Shown: positions 13,051 to 29,000, counted from the stretch's first letter. The stretch: DNA of 64,000 nucleotides from Eledone cirrhosa (GCA_964016885.1 OZ024740.1:299770001-299834000), one strand, 5' to 3'. Numbers and translations are program-made. The notes: generated from the sequence alone by a model not told the origin.

Positions 13051-14252
13051 TATTGTATAAAGCTATGCTTGAAGCGAAATCCTATTTCTTATATATATAT
13101 ATATATACATATACGGGTGTGTCTATATATATATGTATATCACTGGGGCTATGCCTGAAACCTCGTGATTGTAAAGTGAATTACTTATCCTCAAACCATT
13201 CTCTGCGATACCCTCAGATATAGACGCGTAGATATATTACAAGTATATTATAAGTAACTGCAAACGTACACACTCTTACCTTGATACTCATCCCCATCAC
13301 AAAAAAACACCAGATAGAAACATATATTTGCTGTTATTTGACACCCATCGGTTACGAAGACGTAACAGCCTGCTCTTAATCTACATATGTATGTGGTTGA
13401 GCATTATTTGGACAGGGGCTCCCCTAACGTAATTATCAGGAAGATTTACCCTGAACATCGGTCCTTCGAATTCAAGCCACAGCTCATTCTTATCTAGCTG
13501 AGCGGACTGGGAAAACCCTGAGAAACCGTTGTCCTCAAGGACATAATGCATCCCCATTTGCTGGTATGAAAGTTCCCATTCGTGGCAGTTTTTCATGGCA
13601 ACAAAATTCTCCCCACATAAACATTACATCTGAAAAATGAAATGATAAAGATACTCTAATGATTGGTATGAAGAATATGGGTGGCCAGAGCTTTAACGCA
13701 TTCAATCGCAGGTCTTTCCAAGAAGAGAAATCGTGGGTTAAGGATAACTTACACACACACATGCACCCCCCCCCCCCCCCCTCCACACACACACATACAC
13801 ACAACATTCAAATTCAAATATATAGAAAATAACGTTTACCTTAACTTCTGCTTTCCGTACACATTTTCTTCGCAAAGAAACTTATATATTAGTCAATTTT
13901 AAATATATCTGTTTGTTCTCAATACTTTGCCTTATATTTCAACTGAATTTTAACCAAGAACATCGAATGTATAACAAATACCTTTTCGATCCACTTGCAT
14001 ATCTACAGAGCATGAACTGCACCTAGACATCCATTTATTTTCGCATTCTGCTTCTAGAATATTCTCAGCAGATTTCAATTCGCATTTAACTGGTCGTCAG
14101 TTATCCTGGCTACAATGCTAGTTGCTGAATTTAAACGATGATAGAACATTTACGGATACAACACTTCTACATAAATTGTTTTATATCTATTTACCCCCCA
14201 AAGCATACATATATACATTGACGTAGCCAATTTGATGAAAGTGCACACCACC

Positions 14253-14332
<80 letters not shown>

Positions 14333-14611
14333 TAATAAGAGGAATTCCAACTTTGTCTGATTTACTCGTTTTACTTACAATCCTTTAAAATATATATAAT
14401 GGTATTATAATGAAATAGTATGATAGAATATTAAATTCTAAGTGTTAATTGAACAAGTACTTTCATGCTTTCGCAATCTTCAGGTTCATGATATGTGGTG
14501 ACAGTCGAGTTTGCAATTTTCAACTGTTTGCAATTTTCAATTATATATATATATATATACATCCATATATATACACGCACATACATACGCACATACATGC
14601 GCAGACCAACG

Positions 14612-14688
<77 letters not shown>

Positions 14689-15526
14689 GGAGAGAGAGGG
14701 GGAAAGGGAGAGAGAGAGATGTGTAGGTATCTCTCTTTGTGTTTGTACCTTATATACGTATACAAATGTCCTATTTTAAAGATTATTTTTGGGGTTAAAT
14801 TCATGAGGTTTTCCACCACATTCTTGTTACTTTCGAGATTCTGAACTTCATATTAGAGTAAAAAATACTGCATCTATATTAATAAGGCCATATTGACTTT
14901 AGTGAATAAAACTAATAACGCTGTTTCTTGGTATTAAACATACGTTCTACTAACAAAACTCATAAATGAAATCGCATCTCTTTTATAATTATTGCCTTTT
15001 ATTTTTTTACTGTTACAATCAGCAAATTAACTAAATGGATATTTACATACTGGTATTCCTGCTGAGTCATTAACAAGTCTGATAGAATGCTTTGCAGTAT
15101 TCCTTCCGACGCTCTGCTCTCTGATGTCAAATCGCGCCGCGGTCAACTGTGCCTTTCATCCATTTAAAGTCGATAAATAAGTACCAGTCAATTACTGAGG
15201 CTGAGTCATCCACTATATCTCTTTCTGACTTCCTACCTCTCACACTCTATCCTTCTCTGGAGGAAATCTGCTGTATACAGACCTGGAGAAGAGATGGGTT
15301 CCGCTATGTGTGAAAGATGCCCCAGAAATGTCATATGTTACTATGGTAACTCTTACAAGACCCTCAGAAATTACACATTCATACATACATTCCAGCATTG
15401 CAGTTACTTACTGCAATGCTGTAAACATAATCATTGCCTTCTTGGCAAGTCACCGACACAGCTCTTTAATCACAACAGTATACGATTCATTGTTAGTCAC
15501 ACACATCACAGTTGGGTTATGGTAGA

Positions 15527-15584
<58 letters not shown>

Positions 15585-15772
15585 TAATAAAAATAATGAA
15601 TAAACAAAGAAACAGTTCCTTATATTAAAAAATTCATCATTTTACGAATGTTTCTAGGATATATATGTTAGTGTTGGTATGTATATCATATAGATCTATG
15701 TAACATTTTTACAAACTATCAGAAGGAGTATACATACCTACACATATATATGCTGTCTTCAGAAGATTTATC

Positions 15773-15822
<50 letters not shown>

Positions 15823-15956
15823 GAAGTTACATTTAATTTGTTGGGATACAACAAGCAAATATTTTTATAACTGATATAAAGCACTCAATAAATTTTTGGA
15901 GTAAAAATACAATATATTAATAAATGGAAACTATATTTATAAAACCATATTTATTT

Positions 15957-16012
15957 CATTATACATATTTCAAGGACACCAAAGCAAATTATGGTGCGCT
16001 TTCATCAGATAA
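15957..16012 (-). ncRNA. Hammerhead-like motif with poor helix I
   Basis: CTGATGA-aag.gcacca...tggtgt.ctt-GAAA-tatg-TA. Confidence 0.45.
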
Positions 16013-16044
16013 AATATAATATAGATCAGTTTTATAAACAAATA

Positions 16045-16660
16045 TTGACATACCCTTAAAAGAATGCGACCATGTCTGTTGGAAGCTCCCAGGAGCTTCC
16101 AACAGACATTGTCGCGTTCTTTTAAGCAAAGCACTCAATAAGGGTACGTCCTTAGAGTAATAACATACGTTTAAATAGCTTGACAAATTGAACCTTGCGG
16201 TAGGCAAAACCCAACCATACAATTCCAAAATAACGAAAGAACTAACAGCTTAAAAAAACAGACCTGGACAAATCAAACGATATACGTCTGAGGTGGTTCT
16301 ATGAAATCGAAACCATTTATTCAACTTACGTAACACGCAAGCTTGTGGTATTCCAGGATCGAACACGGGATCCATTTCATCAACAAGAATTCCGTTCTGC
16401 CTCAAACTGGTGTGAACAAACTAAATGCGACCGCTACAGAAGGCAGCCTCCAAACACTTCGTTGTCACGTGTTATTTCCAACAAGGGAAGCAACCCCCGG
16501 TTTTTGGCGGGTAAATTCAAAGTGTTATCAAGGGAAATATAATTTCCTCTCAAAAATTCCGAATAAAAGCTCCCAACCAGATGTTATTAAACAATCACAA
16601 ATAATTAACCAATCAACAGAATTGTCTAATTAAATTAATTAGCTAATTATTAAACCTAGA
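16045..16660. repeat. Unclassified interspersed repeat beginning with a 72-bp hairpin (16055-16126)
   Basis: cttaaaagaatgcgaccatgtctgttggaagctcc / ggagcttccaacagacattgtcgcgttcttttaag arms. Confidence 0.5.
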
Positions 16661-17465
16661 AGAAATATACATATATATATATAAATAAATACATTATCGG
16701 AGAACGCTAATAGCTATACTCCGGGCAAATCCCAACTCACTCAACAAACATTAGGAAATAAGTGAGTATATTCCTAATTAAACGTTCGGGGTGCTAACTA
16801 ATTGTATTGTGTGGAAAATTGGCTGTATTATTTCATATGAGATATATCGAATATATCTCTTCCCAGACGCACGTCTCGTTTCATTATAAGATTCCTACAA
16901 TTTGGGTGAAATTATACCAATTTATGTAGAAGCTTGTATAAGATCAACAGTTACTTATTCAAGTGGGCTCTTATAATTCTTCAGTGGGTGCCCAATAATA
17001 CTAATATTGATAATCAAATGTACATCAGTATTTAGCGATAATCACCATCAGTGCTTGAGGGAGCTGCTAAGTGGCTATTCTAGCAGTTCTAAAGAAATTC
17101 TCAAACTGATTCCAAAATGATGAAGCGATTACCGCCAAAAAAAAAAACAATACATGCGCAGGACAATGAATTCTAAAAGAAATTCAGGCCACGTGCTAGA
17201 ACTCAATGGGAAATTGAAAAAAATATACATTATCGGAGAACGCTAATAATGTATATATATATATAGTATACTAGGGAGAGGATCAGGGGTGTATAACACT
17301 CCACTTATCCAGCAGGCAGTATAAGGTTAGCTCAATGTCTGAGGACAGAGCCGTGATATAATAAATAACAAAGAACGCCTATAGCATATGCATGTCTTTA
17401 CTTGCTAACATTGTTTCATCCGCACTATAAGTGGGACTCATCATTTATATATATAGAGAGATATG

Positions 17466-17603
<138 letters not shown>

Positions 17604-17611
17604 CATATCTC

Positions 17612-18101
17612 TCTATATATATAAAGTTGTAGTTCCTGTCTGTTTATTTGTTTGTTTGTTCACGAACCCCTCCTATGGTTTTGGAGATAGACCCCCATAA
17701 CTATATATATTCTGAAACTACACTGCCCAGGGTACTTGGATAAGTATTATTTCCTCTTAATTAAAGGGTTCCCCGAGAGCACAAACCCCATCTGAAAATG
17801 TTTTCCCTTCGATGTATATGAAATTTAAACCATAGATATGATGCCAATTCACCAAAGTTTTCAATTGATATTTGAAAAAATTATTTACAAGAAACAAAAT
17901 AAGAATAAGTTTTAATAATGTAATTTTGATTTGATTTGTTACAAAAGATTTTTTCCAATTTTTCATGCATTACATTTTACATTGAGTAATATTGAAATGC
18001 AGAGTTTTTCTCCATAAATGGTATCATTGATTTAAAATCATTCATCATTGTCTTACAAAAAAAGTGTGTGAAACGCATCAGGGTGCGGGTAATTCGGCTC
18101 G
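17612..18101 (+). mobile_element. Complete non-autonomous Helitron (~490 bp) inserted in (TA)n
   Basis: 5' TCtatatatataaag followed by (tttg)n; 3' hairpin cgcatcagggtgcg then CTCG|t (CTAG variant) at 18098-18101. Confidence 0.7.
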
Positions 18102-18139
<38 letters not shown>

Positions 18140-18141
<2 letters not shown>

Positions 18142-18338
18142 ACAAAGAGGGTGTGGCAAGATACCAGGTGGACCATAACGCGCCAGAGTACTCAATAAGT
18201 AGGCTAGTAGAGTAGGTAATAGGAAAAGAGTCAGGACCCCGACGGCTGAGCACCGGCCGTTTCCACAGCTAGATCCGAACGTTCGGATCTAGCTGTTGAA
18301 ACGGCGGAGCTCAGCCGTCGGGGTCCTGACTCTTTTCC
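18140..18338. mobile_element. Short element with a 117-bp palindrome (18222-18338) made of two hammerhead 3' halves; related copies at 24590-24670, 53945-53997, 54805-54925
   Basis: GAAA-cggc...gccg-TC-gggg on both strands; shared gaccataacgc.ccagagtactcaata tail joined to (TA)n. Confidence 0.7.
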
Positions 18339-18447
<109 letters not shown>

Positions 18448-18460
18448 TAATGAGGTGGAG

Positions 18461-18518
18461 ATTCGACCGCATGAGCGGGTGATTTCGACCTGCAACCTCG
18501 GCAAGCTTCTTCAGGAAT
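18461..18518 (-). ncRNA. Type-I hammerhead-like motif, with a degenerate inverted copy to ~18570
   Basis: attc-CTGAAGA-agcttgc...gcaggtc-GAAA-(tcac)ccgctcatgcgg-TC-gaat. Confidence 0.55.
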
Positions 18519-18729
18519 ACTAAGTATTCCTAAAAAAGCTTGTCGATGTAGGAGCTGAAACTACCGAGTGTCATTTGGTGTGATAGTATAGCTTTCTAGA
18601 AATTTAGTTGGCTTGATCTGATTCCGAACTACCCACTCTATCTAGCAACATTAGTCCAAAGACCCTTCATCAGAACGTGATTTCCGACATGCACCTGATA
18701 TATTTACTGCAGAGTGCTCAAGATAAGAA

Positions 18730-19040
18730 TGAAAATAAGTACTGTGATGACTGAGACACTCGTTCTCTGATGGAAGTCTCCGCAATACACTCTACACGTG
18801 ACTCGAGTTCAACTGAAGCAGGCAGAGAAGTTCAAGTAACTCGCGCTCGTGCAAGAATTGCAGAAGCTGATCCAGTAATGCGCCAGCTTCAGCTTTCGGT
18901 TATCAGAGGAATGTGAAAAAGCCGAATTCGCTACCTTCCATACGGTATTTGTGCGAATCCTTGTCTATGATCATGAAACTTGGGTAATAACTGAAAGAAT
19001 ACAAGTATCCGAAATTAAATTCTGACATAGAAAATTATGT
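18730..19040 (+). mobile_element. Decayed RTE-like RT fragment
   Basis: Translates to 'KAEFATFHTVFVRILVYDHETWVITERIQVSEIKF'. Confidence 0.65.
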
Positions 19041-20023
19041 AGGAAAATCTAATGCACCAACAAAGAAAAAGCGCATTGCATTTATACTGATATCTCGACG
19101 GAATCATATCAAGTCTACCAAATATCCAGAATATGCAGACTAAAGCCATATGTCAGTGGAGTCTGATTAGATTGTAGATTGGGCATCATGGCAAATATAG
19201 GCCACGTTACTGAAAACATGTCTCTGTGTGACTTAGTCCTTATCTGAGGCAAAATCGGCAGGTTTATTTTATTGAATATTGCATCTATTTCTTTTATCAT
19301 TGATTTGTGAGACGCATGCATGTTATAAAGACTCTCTGACTAGAATGTTCTTATTCAATAAATGGCAAATACAATATTTAGATTTTAAAGCATGTTCAAT
19401 AAAAAATATTGTCTTTGAAACAGTATGCATTCCTGCAATTAGTAGTTCATTATGTATCCTTTGCAGACGAATAATTCGAGGCTTAAATCGTAAAACCGTT
19501 CACTGTACACAATTTATATTCTCTATTAGTATTTTTATTATCATTGGGTCACTACGGAAATACAGCGTTGTGATACAATCATTGATTGAACAATTGTTTA
19601 AAGATTGCGAATTGCTGGTAAAGCTAATTGGCATTTTTGGCTAAAGAGCATGTACATACAAAACGGAACACACACACATGCAAATGTAAACATGCGCAAA
19701 GAGCATAGAAGGAAATTACAAGCGCATATATATTCAAGGATTACAGCAGCAGATATAAATGCTAATGTAACACAAATAAAAGAAAATACATTTGTTAGCA
19801 CGTATAAAAATGTACTGTTACCTTCGCAGAAAGACAAAAGTGCATATATTCCATACATAAATACACGTATACACACAATGTAAAGGAACGAAAGATAGAG
19901 ATACACATACATGCATTGAATGACTCATATAAAGATATAAACATACGATGGCATAAATGTATAAATAGAGTGAGGAACACACACATACGCGCGCGCGCAC
20001 ACACACACACACATATATGTGTG

Positions 20024-20104
<81 letters not shown>

Positions 20105-20441
20105 TATATATATACATACATATATACATATATACATACTTATATATAGATGTATAAATACATACATATGTAAACATTTACACACAAACGTATGCAAAAC
20201 CAGAGTAAGACAGGCATAATTTAGCAAATGACATATCAATTATTTTTTATATCTCTTCAATATGACATTGAATTGTAGAAAAGTATACAAAAATATATAT
20301 CTGCTTTAATTAGAGCTTATAATTTCATAAGGAGATTATTCGGAAATATCTTTCAAAAGCTGTAAGTCACTGTTGGTGGTATTGGGGTTGTTATGGCTGC
20401 GGGAGGGTGAAGTTGCTGGTAGAGTTGATGGTGGTGATAAT

Positions 20442-20625
20442 AATTGTTTCTACTTTAGGCACAAGGCCAGCACATACCCAGTACATTACTGGTACTTTTT
20501 TTTATCGACCCCGTAAGGATGACGGACAAAGTTAACCTCGGCGGGATTTGAACTCAGACTGTAAAGGGACGTAACTATGCTAGAAAGCATGGCGTCCAAC
20601 CCTCTACCGATACTGCAAATTCAGT
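20442..20625 (-). mobile_element. tRNA-derived SINE, near full length
   Basis: Matches the family consensus seen at 33957-34138. Confidence 0.9.
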
Positions 20626-22496
20626 GATAATATTAATGATGAAAATACTGGCGCCGAACAATAAGGAGACAATTATGATAAGGATGGTTTATTGTGAGAA
20701 CAATGATAGGAAGATGATGACAAGTTTATGCCAACATTGGAAACGATAATGATGAGGAGAAAGAAGGAGAAGGGAATAATTAAAATGGCAGTGATGGCGA
20801 TGACGCCACCGCAAACGAAGGAGAGTATAATAATGATAATAATGATAATGATGACGAAGTGGAAGAACTTAATTAAAGATGATAAGGATCATTATTAAGA
20901 CGATGGTCATGATGGTGGTGTCTGTATGTATAAAGAAATTTACTAATTACAATGATAATGCTGAGAGTGGAGAATTTCTTTGCAGATATGATGCCATTAG
21001 CACTTTCATATCACTGAAGACATGGTTTTATATTCACTTACGTCAAATACCGAGCAGACGTATTCAATTAATTGTCTCCACGTTTACTTAAGTGTAAAGC
21101 TAGGCGGAGACAAAATAGAAACAGATATGTGTCTAACAAAATTGAGAGAAATTTATGAAAGTAAAAAGTTAAACCCTTTTTACAATCTAAGTACATGATA
21201 CATTGTGTACGACAGGTGGATTTTGCATTTCTATGGATTTGCCTGGAAATATTTCTCTTCTGTTTAAAATGTTATCAAATTGATGTATTAAAAGTGTAAA
21301 AGTGTCATCGCCGGGAAATCAAAATTTACCGGTTATTCAATTATTTGAGGGTAACAGTTAGCAATAGATACTGTACACAAACATCAGTGACCGAATCTGA
21401 AATAAGGCTTCTTGATAATGACTCATTCAAGAGCACGTTTCGACCACAGTCATAAATATGTTGTGTTCATTCATTGTAAGCGCTACATATATTACCGTTA
21501 CAGCAGCGAATGCAAATCTATTGATTATTTGCATATCCTTTCCACCCAGGTTTCATTTATCAAATTTATCTTTTCACCTCCTAACCACTCAACCAGGCCG
21601 CACTAAAACTCCCAAGCCTTACTTTCTAGAACCGTAAATGTCTTAAGATTTCTTCCACCACATCATTCCTGGAGTCACTGGCCTACCGATGTTCGTTCTA
21701 AACATCAACCATTATGAGAATGCACGAGCAGGACATGTGCATTGCTATTCCCCTAACTAAGCTTTGAAGCAATATATAAACAAGGCTGACTTCCTGTTCT
21801 ACCCCAAAGTCAATTGTTTAAGAGAAGGGAGAAAAGGTCGAGGTACAATCATGTGAAAGGAACGAGTATCTATCGATTTTAATAAGCGAGAAGGTCAATT
21901 AAAACCTAGTTGTAGTTGGACACTAAATTAGGAGAAGAGAATTAACCGCTTTATAAATTAGCAATTAACCAATTTGTGGACATCATTAGATAAATATTAT
22001 TAAACCAACAATTCGGTTTACTATTATCTAGCGGATTTCTATGTAAAATGTACTGAATACATTGAATATGCACATCATGAAAATATTATTAGATTAGCGT
22101 AATAGACACGTGATTGTGATTAGGTACATACGGTTAATGAATGTGCGTTGAACAAATTCATATTTGCCATTTCGTTTAATTAGGAAGACCATATCAACAA
22201 ATATACATCTCTTTATACTTCATTATCTTTCATTATACTCATTACACATCATCATACTTCATCTATATTCTCGATGTATTCAATCCAAGATGTTAAGTTA
22301 ATTGACAGACGGTGTTGATGACTTATACTGTTGCACTGATTTTGTCGTTAGTCAAAACAATGCTTTTCTAAATGGTTCTATCTACCAGGACAAAAATGTT
22401 CACATATATCTATGGTATCCTCACAGATATAATGTGAAGATAACATGGACATATAAAGATTTATAACTATTCATGTATTGGTAACACTATAGCTAC

Positions 22497-22602
<106 letters not shown>

Positions 22603-22920
22603 GCTGAACAAGTTATCGTTTTAGGTAATCCAGATAGTGGTTGTGAGTACTCTGTACTATGGATAGTTTTAATTTATTTTCGACATCCTGTCAAATATGC
22701 AAGATTATATGCGCAAAGACATCTAGTCTATTGACAGAGGAACCGATATCTGTTTATATACAATTATTGAGGGGTTTGTACGGGATGGTATAGTAAATGT
22801 AGGTTTATGTTTAAAGGGTGAAGGATAAAGTATTAAAAAAATAGAGGAATAAAATATAAACGGTAAACAAAATGAAAGGTAAAAAATTATATAAAAAATT
22901 TTAATATATCTACTTAATTT

Positions 22921-23062
<142 letters not shown>

Positions 23063-23408
23063 TATGCATATATATATATATATTTAAATATATATATATA
23101 TAATGTTCAAGAGTAACCAATCCTAAAGAGAGAGATGGAGGTAGGAGAGGAGATAGGAGGGGAGAAGAGAGATTGGTGAATTAGTTAGAAGCCAAAGCGT
23201 AAAGGCATGTGCTCAATGTGCAATATGCAGAGGAAGTCAGCTAGGTGTCTGGGTTCATGCAGAGGTTAGGTGCACAGAGCTGAAAATATTCATTAGTTAA
23301 GCAAAACAAGACCACAAATTTCACAAGGAATACATTATTAAAAGATTGTCAACATATTTTAGTTTGATGTAAGGAATGTAGAGAATAAAAATAATAATAT
23401 TAATAATA

Positions 23409-23530
23409 ATTGTTTCTACTTTAGGCACAAGGCCAGAAATTACCCAGTGCATTATTGGTACTTTATTTTATCGACCCCGTAAGGATGAAAGGCAAAGTCA
23501 ACCTCGGCGGGATTTGAACTCAGATCGTAA
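23409..23530 (-). mobile_element. tRNA-derived SINE, 5'-truncated, in (AAT)n
   Basis: Family match; aataatattaataataat on both sides (TSD-like). Confidence 0.85.
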
Positions 23531-23951
23531 ATAATATTAATAATAATAATAATAATAATGTCCGTTTACAATTGTTTCGTTACTACATATAATATTTCTG
23601 GATCAATATTGATCTGGTTCAGTTGAAAATAATTAACATAGGTAAAATTAGAGCAGCTCATCGGAACTTCAAAAGGAATATAAATTAAAATAAGGAAAGA
23701 ATGTTACATGAATGTAATGTTCTATATATTGGTATTTCACTATGGTGTCATTGGTATATCTATTGTCTGCCATAGTCGAGCAGTATTCTTCTGTCGAGGC
23801 TGCATTGTGTGAGATCTGCCTATGGGTAACAAGATGGCCGCCAATGGACATATTTACCTTACTAATTAGAGGGTGGTTTCAGGGGAAGTAACTCCTCGAG
23901 AAATTAGAAATTGTGGGTAGTTTATAGTTAAGAAGTGCTAGTTTTTAAATT

Positions 23952-24070
<119 letters not shown>

Positions 24071-24440
24071 AAATTAAGTAGATATATTAAACCTTTTTAT
24101 ATAATCTTTTGCCTTTTATTTTGTTTACCGTTTATATTTTATTGAAACGTAATCCTGGTATGTTTATATGCATTTTTTCTTCTAACATTAATTCTGTACA
24201 TAATTGTGTATGGTTGACGATATATCTAATCGATTTCCACGTGCTATTGAAATGCTGGGTAGATATTCTATAGCTGTTGATAGCTATTAGATGGCTGTCT
24301 TTTATTATCTATTATTTCTTCATAGGTGCCTTTTAATCTTATAGCCTGGTTTAATTGGTTTTTTGTGAGGTTGATTATGCTAATAGGGAGAGGAAATAGT
24401 GTATATATTTTATCAAATGATTCTATGGACATAATTTATA

Positions 24441-24498
<58 letters not shown>

Positions 24499-24499
24499 C

Positions 24500-24530
<31 letters not shown>

Positions 24531-24829
24531 GTGTCTGTGTACATACATATATATATATATATACTCGTATATATGTATATATATACATAACGAAGGAAAT
24601 GTGGTAAGGAACCAGATAGACCATAACGCACCAGAGTACTCAATACTTAGGGTAGTAGAGTGGGTCAATATATATATACATATACATATATATATAATAG
24701 CTCCACCCCAGGAAAAAGAATATCAGTTGTCACCCAGGCCTGTCAGTCTACCCTCTCCAGACTCTTGAAGTTGTCCAAACAAAAGGCAATCACCGATAGA
24801 GATTGGTACCTTTGACGTGGCAATTCATC

Positions 24830-24962
24830 ACTAGAGATAAGTGACATGGGGCAACGTGAAATAAAGTATGTTTCTCAAGGACGCAATGGATCACTCTATC
24901 CTTGAATTGAACTAACAACCTCACGATTGCAAGCACAAGGCTCTAAGCAGTAAGCCATGCCC
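24830..24962 (-). mobile_element. Second tRNA-derived SINE family, diverged; + strand copy at 59275-59580
   Basis: Shares ...cttgag.aa.at.ctttattt.acgttgc with 59345-59375; tRNA-like head with A/B-box remnants. Confidence 0.6.
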
Positions 24963-24999
24963 TATATGCATACACACCCACACCCACACTTACACACAT

Positions 25000-25098
<99 letters not shown>

Positions 25099-25492
25099 GG
25101 TGTGTGTGTGAACGAGAGAGTACACACCTCATGCGGACTCACATATATGTAGGAATGTTGAAGTGTGTTTGCGTCGAAACGTAAATGACCAAAATAATAA
25201 TCAATGACTATAAAATAATAGTTGAGAAAATTGGATGAAGCCGCTCTAGAGATGGGAAAGTCGAGTACGGGGGCATGTGCAAGGAATGGAACCAGGCATT
25301 CCTACGATTATCTCAAATATTTTCATCTTGATCTACTATTAGTATGGTTTTTTTCACGTTGTGATTTACACCTTTCACATTTCAAATTTCCCAGCCTTCT
25401 TAAGGCAACTGTTTTGTTTATATATATAATATATATATAGAGAGAGATACAAATACACGTACATACATTACACACACACACACCCAAACACC

Positions 25493-25541
<49 letters not shown>

Positions 25542-25551
25542 TTTCACACAA

Positions 25552-25628
<77 letters not shown>

Positions 25629-26059
25629 GGGGAGTACATCACGAATAATGTCTTAAGATATTGTGACAAGCAAAAGGAAAATACATTGCCAATATGATAG
25701 TAAATAGGCGAGTCGATGAAAGATGCTGTGCTTCGGAACGAACACAGCCAAATTGTCGGCAGAAAAGGCAATATTCATCGACAGCTCTTTTATCATAAGA
25801 ACGTGATTTAAAACATAAAAAAAAACAAGGTATAAGGAATGCTTGAAATTGATATTTAGAACGTTAAGTGTTTTAGTAATTGTTTCTCCACGTTAAAACT
25901 GTAAATTTAACTCCATCATCTACACACAACTAGTGACATGATTCTGCAACAAACGAAACGACAAAGGAACACTATCTATCTGAAACAGATAGAATAGTTA
26001 AGGATTTGTTTTTCATTCTGATATTGTAGTTTGGTTATTTATTCTATTTTCCTTTACAG

Positions 26060-29000
26060 GTTTATATGATTTGAAGATGAAATGGCGAAAATGATGAACA
26101 CTTTGTCCCATTGATCTAATGAAATTGCAGGAGCAAATAAACAGGAATGGCTTCTCCTTGTTTATTCTATGACCGCAGAATTACTATTACAATCAAATGA
26201 AAAAACAAACCAGTTTAAACATTCCTATACAGCAACGACCTTCCATCTCGGAGACAAACTCTGTTGGAAACATTAAAACAATCTTATACCCATGGCACAA
26301 TATCTGTTTCTTCAACACTTTTTGACGGTTTTCTAACGTAGACCTCTAGTCTCCTCGTATTCTAGCTTTTAACTTTAAGAAAACAATTGTAAATTGTTCA
26401 GCATATTTACTGTTTACACTTCTGTATATTTCCCTTGCAAGTAATCGCTATTTGCATCTTTCTGATCTGGGCTGTTTATAAACTTAATTGTCTCGCCCGA
26501 GAATGTAATACAGCATCGTTGCATCTATTAGGTGTCTCTCAAACCACATAAATTAGGGGAAACGTGACAAATGATTTTTTTACACTCGAACCAAGATTGG
26601 GCGTATTGAATGAGAGGGAAATTGAATATGTTGTGAAATTATAAGGCGCTCAGAAGTATAAATAGACTGCATTATAATGAGAATCGAAACACATCATGTG
26701 TTTGCTTTAAGTAATCTTCTCATTACTTATTATTAGCTGTTACCTCGTTCATCAAATTCAGATGTTTATATAGTCCGGATTTCTGGAATTTAAAGCATAC
26801 ATTTTCTCAGTTTATGTTCCACAAAGACAAGTTAGCTAACTAAAGTACAAATACTAGATTCTTTTGCCCACGGATACAACGAAATACGAGCAGACTATTT
26901 GAACACACTACGCATTAATTCATTCGATCACTTGAGCTTGGAGTTGACTTTAGGGAGGCATGTCAACGAAGGCCCATTTGAGTACTCACTGGAGCAACGG
27001 TAATTAGAAGAAAATCTCCTTCAAGTTGCACCATCCCTGCTTAGAAAAGAAGTAAATAATTGAAACGCCGATTACTAAAAAATGCTGTAAAACATAATGT
27101 GAGTTTATAGCTGAAAAATAGAGTATATGGCAGGTTGACTGGAAACACACTGCTTAAAGTGAAAGAATTCCATTTGTAAAATTTGTAAGGAGTGTTGTTT
27201 TTCTCATCCCTAAGTAAAGTTTGAATGAGCAAGCATATTAAGAGAGACATTCTTGTTAACATTTCATCCTTTTAAACAATAGTGCTTCAAAGACAGCCTT
27301 ATCTGATGTATGATTCCTCTGTGAAAATAGGAGAGAGAGAGGTCTCCGGGAAATTTGACTGATAATTATTCTAAGACAGGTCACTGCGTACAGACTCCCC
27401 CGTTGATATATGTGATAAATTAAATATAAAATATCACAAAATACGATCGTTATAAGCATAGAAAACGTTATCAGCTGATAATTGTTATTAATTATGCTTC
27501 GTTCTAAAGTGATCACAATAATGGTCTACCGTATTGTCGGCACAGGCTATATGTGGGGATACTAACAGGCCAAAAGGAAGGACCAAAATCAATAACAATG
27601 GTACAATCAACCTATCCATGACATTGAAAACGAATACCGTTTTCCTTAATCTGATGTCGTACTGCCGAGGTCCTCCGTAAAATTGGATTGTCAGCAGCCC
27701 GTCTAAAGAAGGAGCCCCACGCAATGGGGTGGCTGTTGCAGTGGGTGTCGCTGGCCATTGTCTGCAGGGCGCATCCGAAACACCACCCACCCTTGATCTC
27801 CTATTCCCTCTCCCTTTCTTCCGTGGCATCATAATCCTTGCTTTTCCCCTCCTGTTCCTCTCATTTACGGCATTTGTTATCCTTTCCTCTACTTTACTAT
27901 ACAGCCAGATCTGCCATTCATCACCCTTCCCTAATCTGTTTGTTGTTTGGGCTTGTTGTTATCCTCATTATAAACAATAACTTAGAAAATCCAATGAAGT
28001 ACATCTTGACGGAAAAAAATGGAGAGACACCTGCAAAGTATCGAAACCTGTCCCTTATCTCTCGGATGGCCGGCGACAAATTCCGTTTCATATTTCTATC
28101 AATATTTGTAATGTTATTAATATAACTCTGAATGTAGTTATTCAAATTAACAAATATGTCTGTAAAGCATTCAGAATGTTGTGGTCTACATATCTGAGAT
28201 TATATTTTGCAACAATTCTAATAGCTTTGCTGTTATTTATCAAACATTTGATTAAGATCAAGTACAGTATTTATCGTAAAATACGTATTCCATTTCATAT
28301 GTTGCCTTCAATATTGGGTATTTGTATGATTGAAACTAGAAACTAGTAATATAAAGAATTATAACAACATACAAAAATGGTATATGCCAAAAACAAGAAA
28401 TGCGAGCAAAACACTCCAAGCAGGCGGTTGCAATCGTCTCAACCTGAGAGTAAGAAAACAAGATTTAAGCAATACCGATCAAATCGAAATCGCGAATTTA
28501 TGATAAAAAGGACCTTTAAGCACTTTAATATTTCACTAAAGTCGAATTCTTAATTACGCTTAATGATAAAATATAAATACCTTATATCATATGAACAGTA
28601 TATTGAACCTCGCTCAGTTTGAATTTCTAACTAATTGGAATTCAAAATTTTCGTCAAATTGTCCATCATTTAGTTCATACTAAATTACCAGCACAGCAGC
28701 TACAGTGGAAAGATGTGAATATAACTGTAAATTGTTACGTCAGATGTTTCTAAATAAATAAAGAAATATATATATACACAATATCCTAAGTTAATAATTC
28801 GTATTAATAACGCAACAATAACTCATTTGCTATCTGTTTACAGTTATGCTTCAAGTAGTTACTTAATTTCAAATAGTTAATAAACAGTCTTAGATAATCA
28901 CTTAACAAAACGAAGTTTAATTAATTCACTAACAACAAACAGGATAAGAAGAAAAAATTAAAAATGCTGTTTGTTTATTTAATAAAAGAGCACTGAGTGT

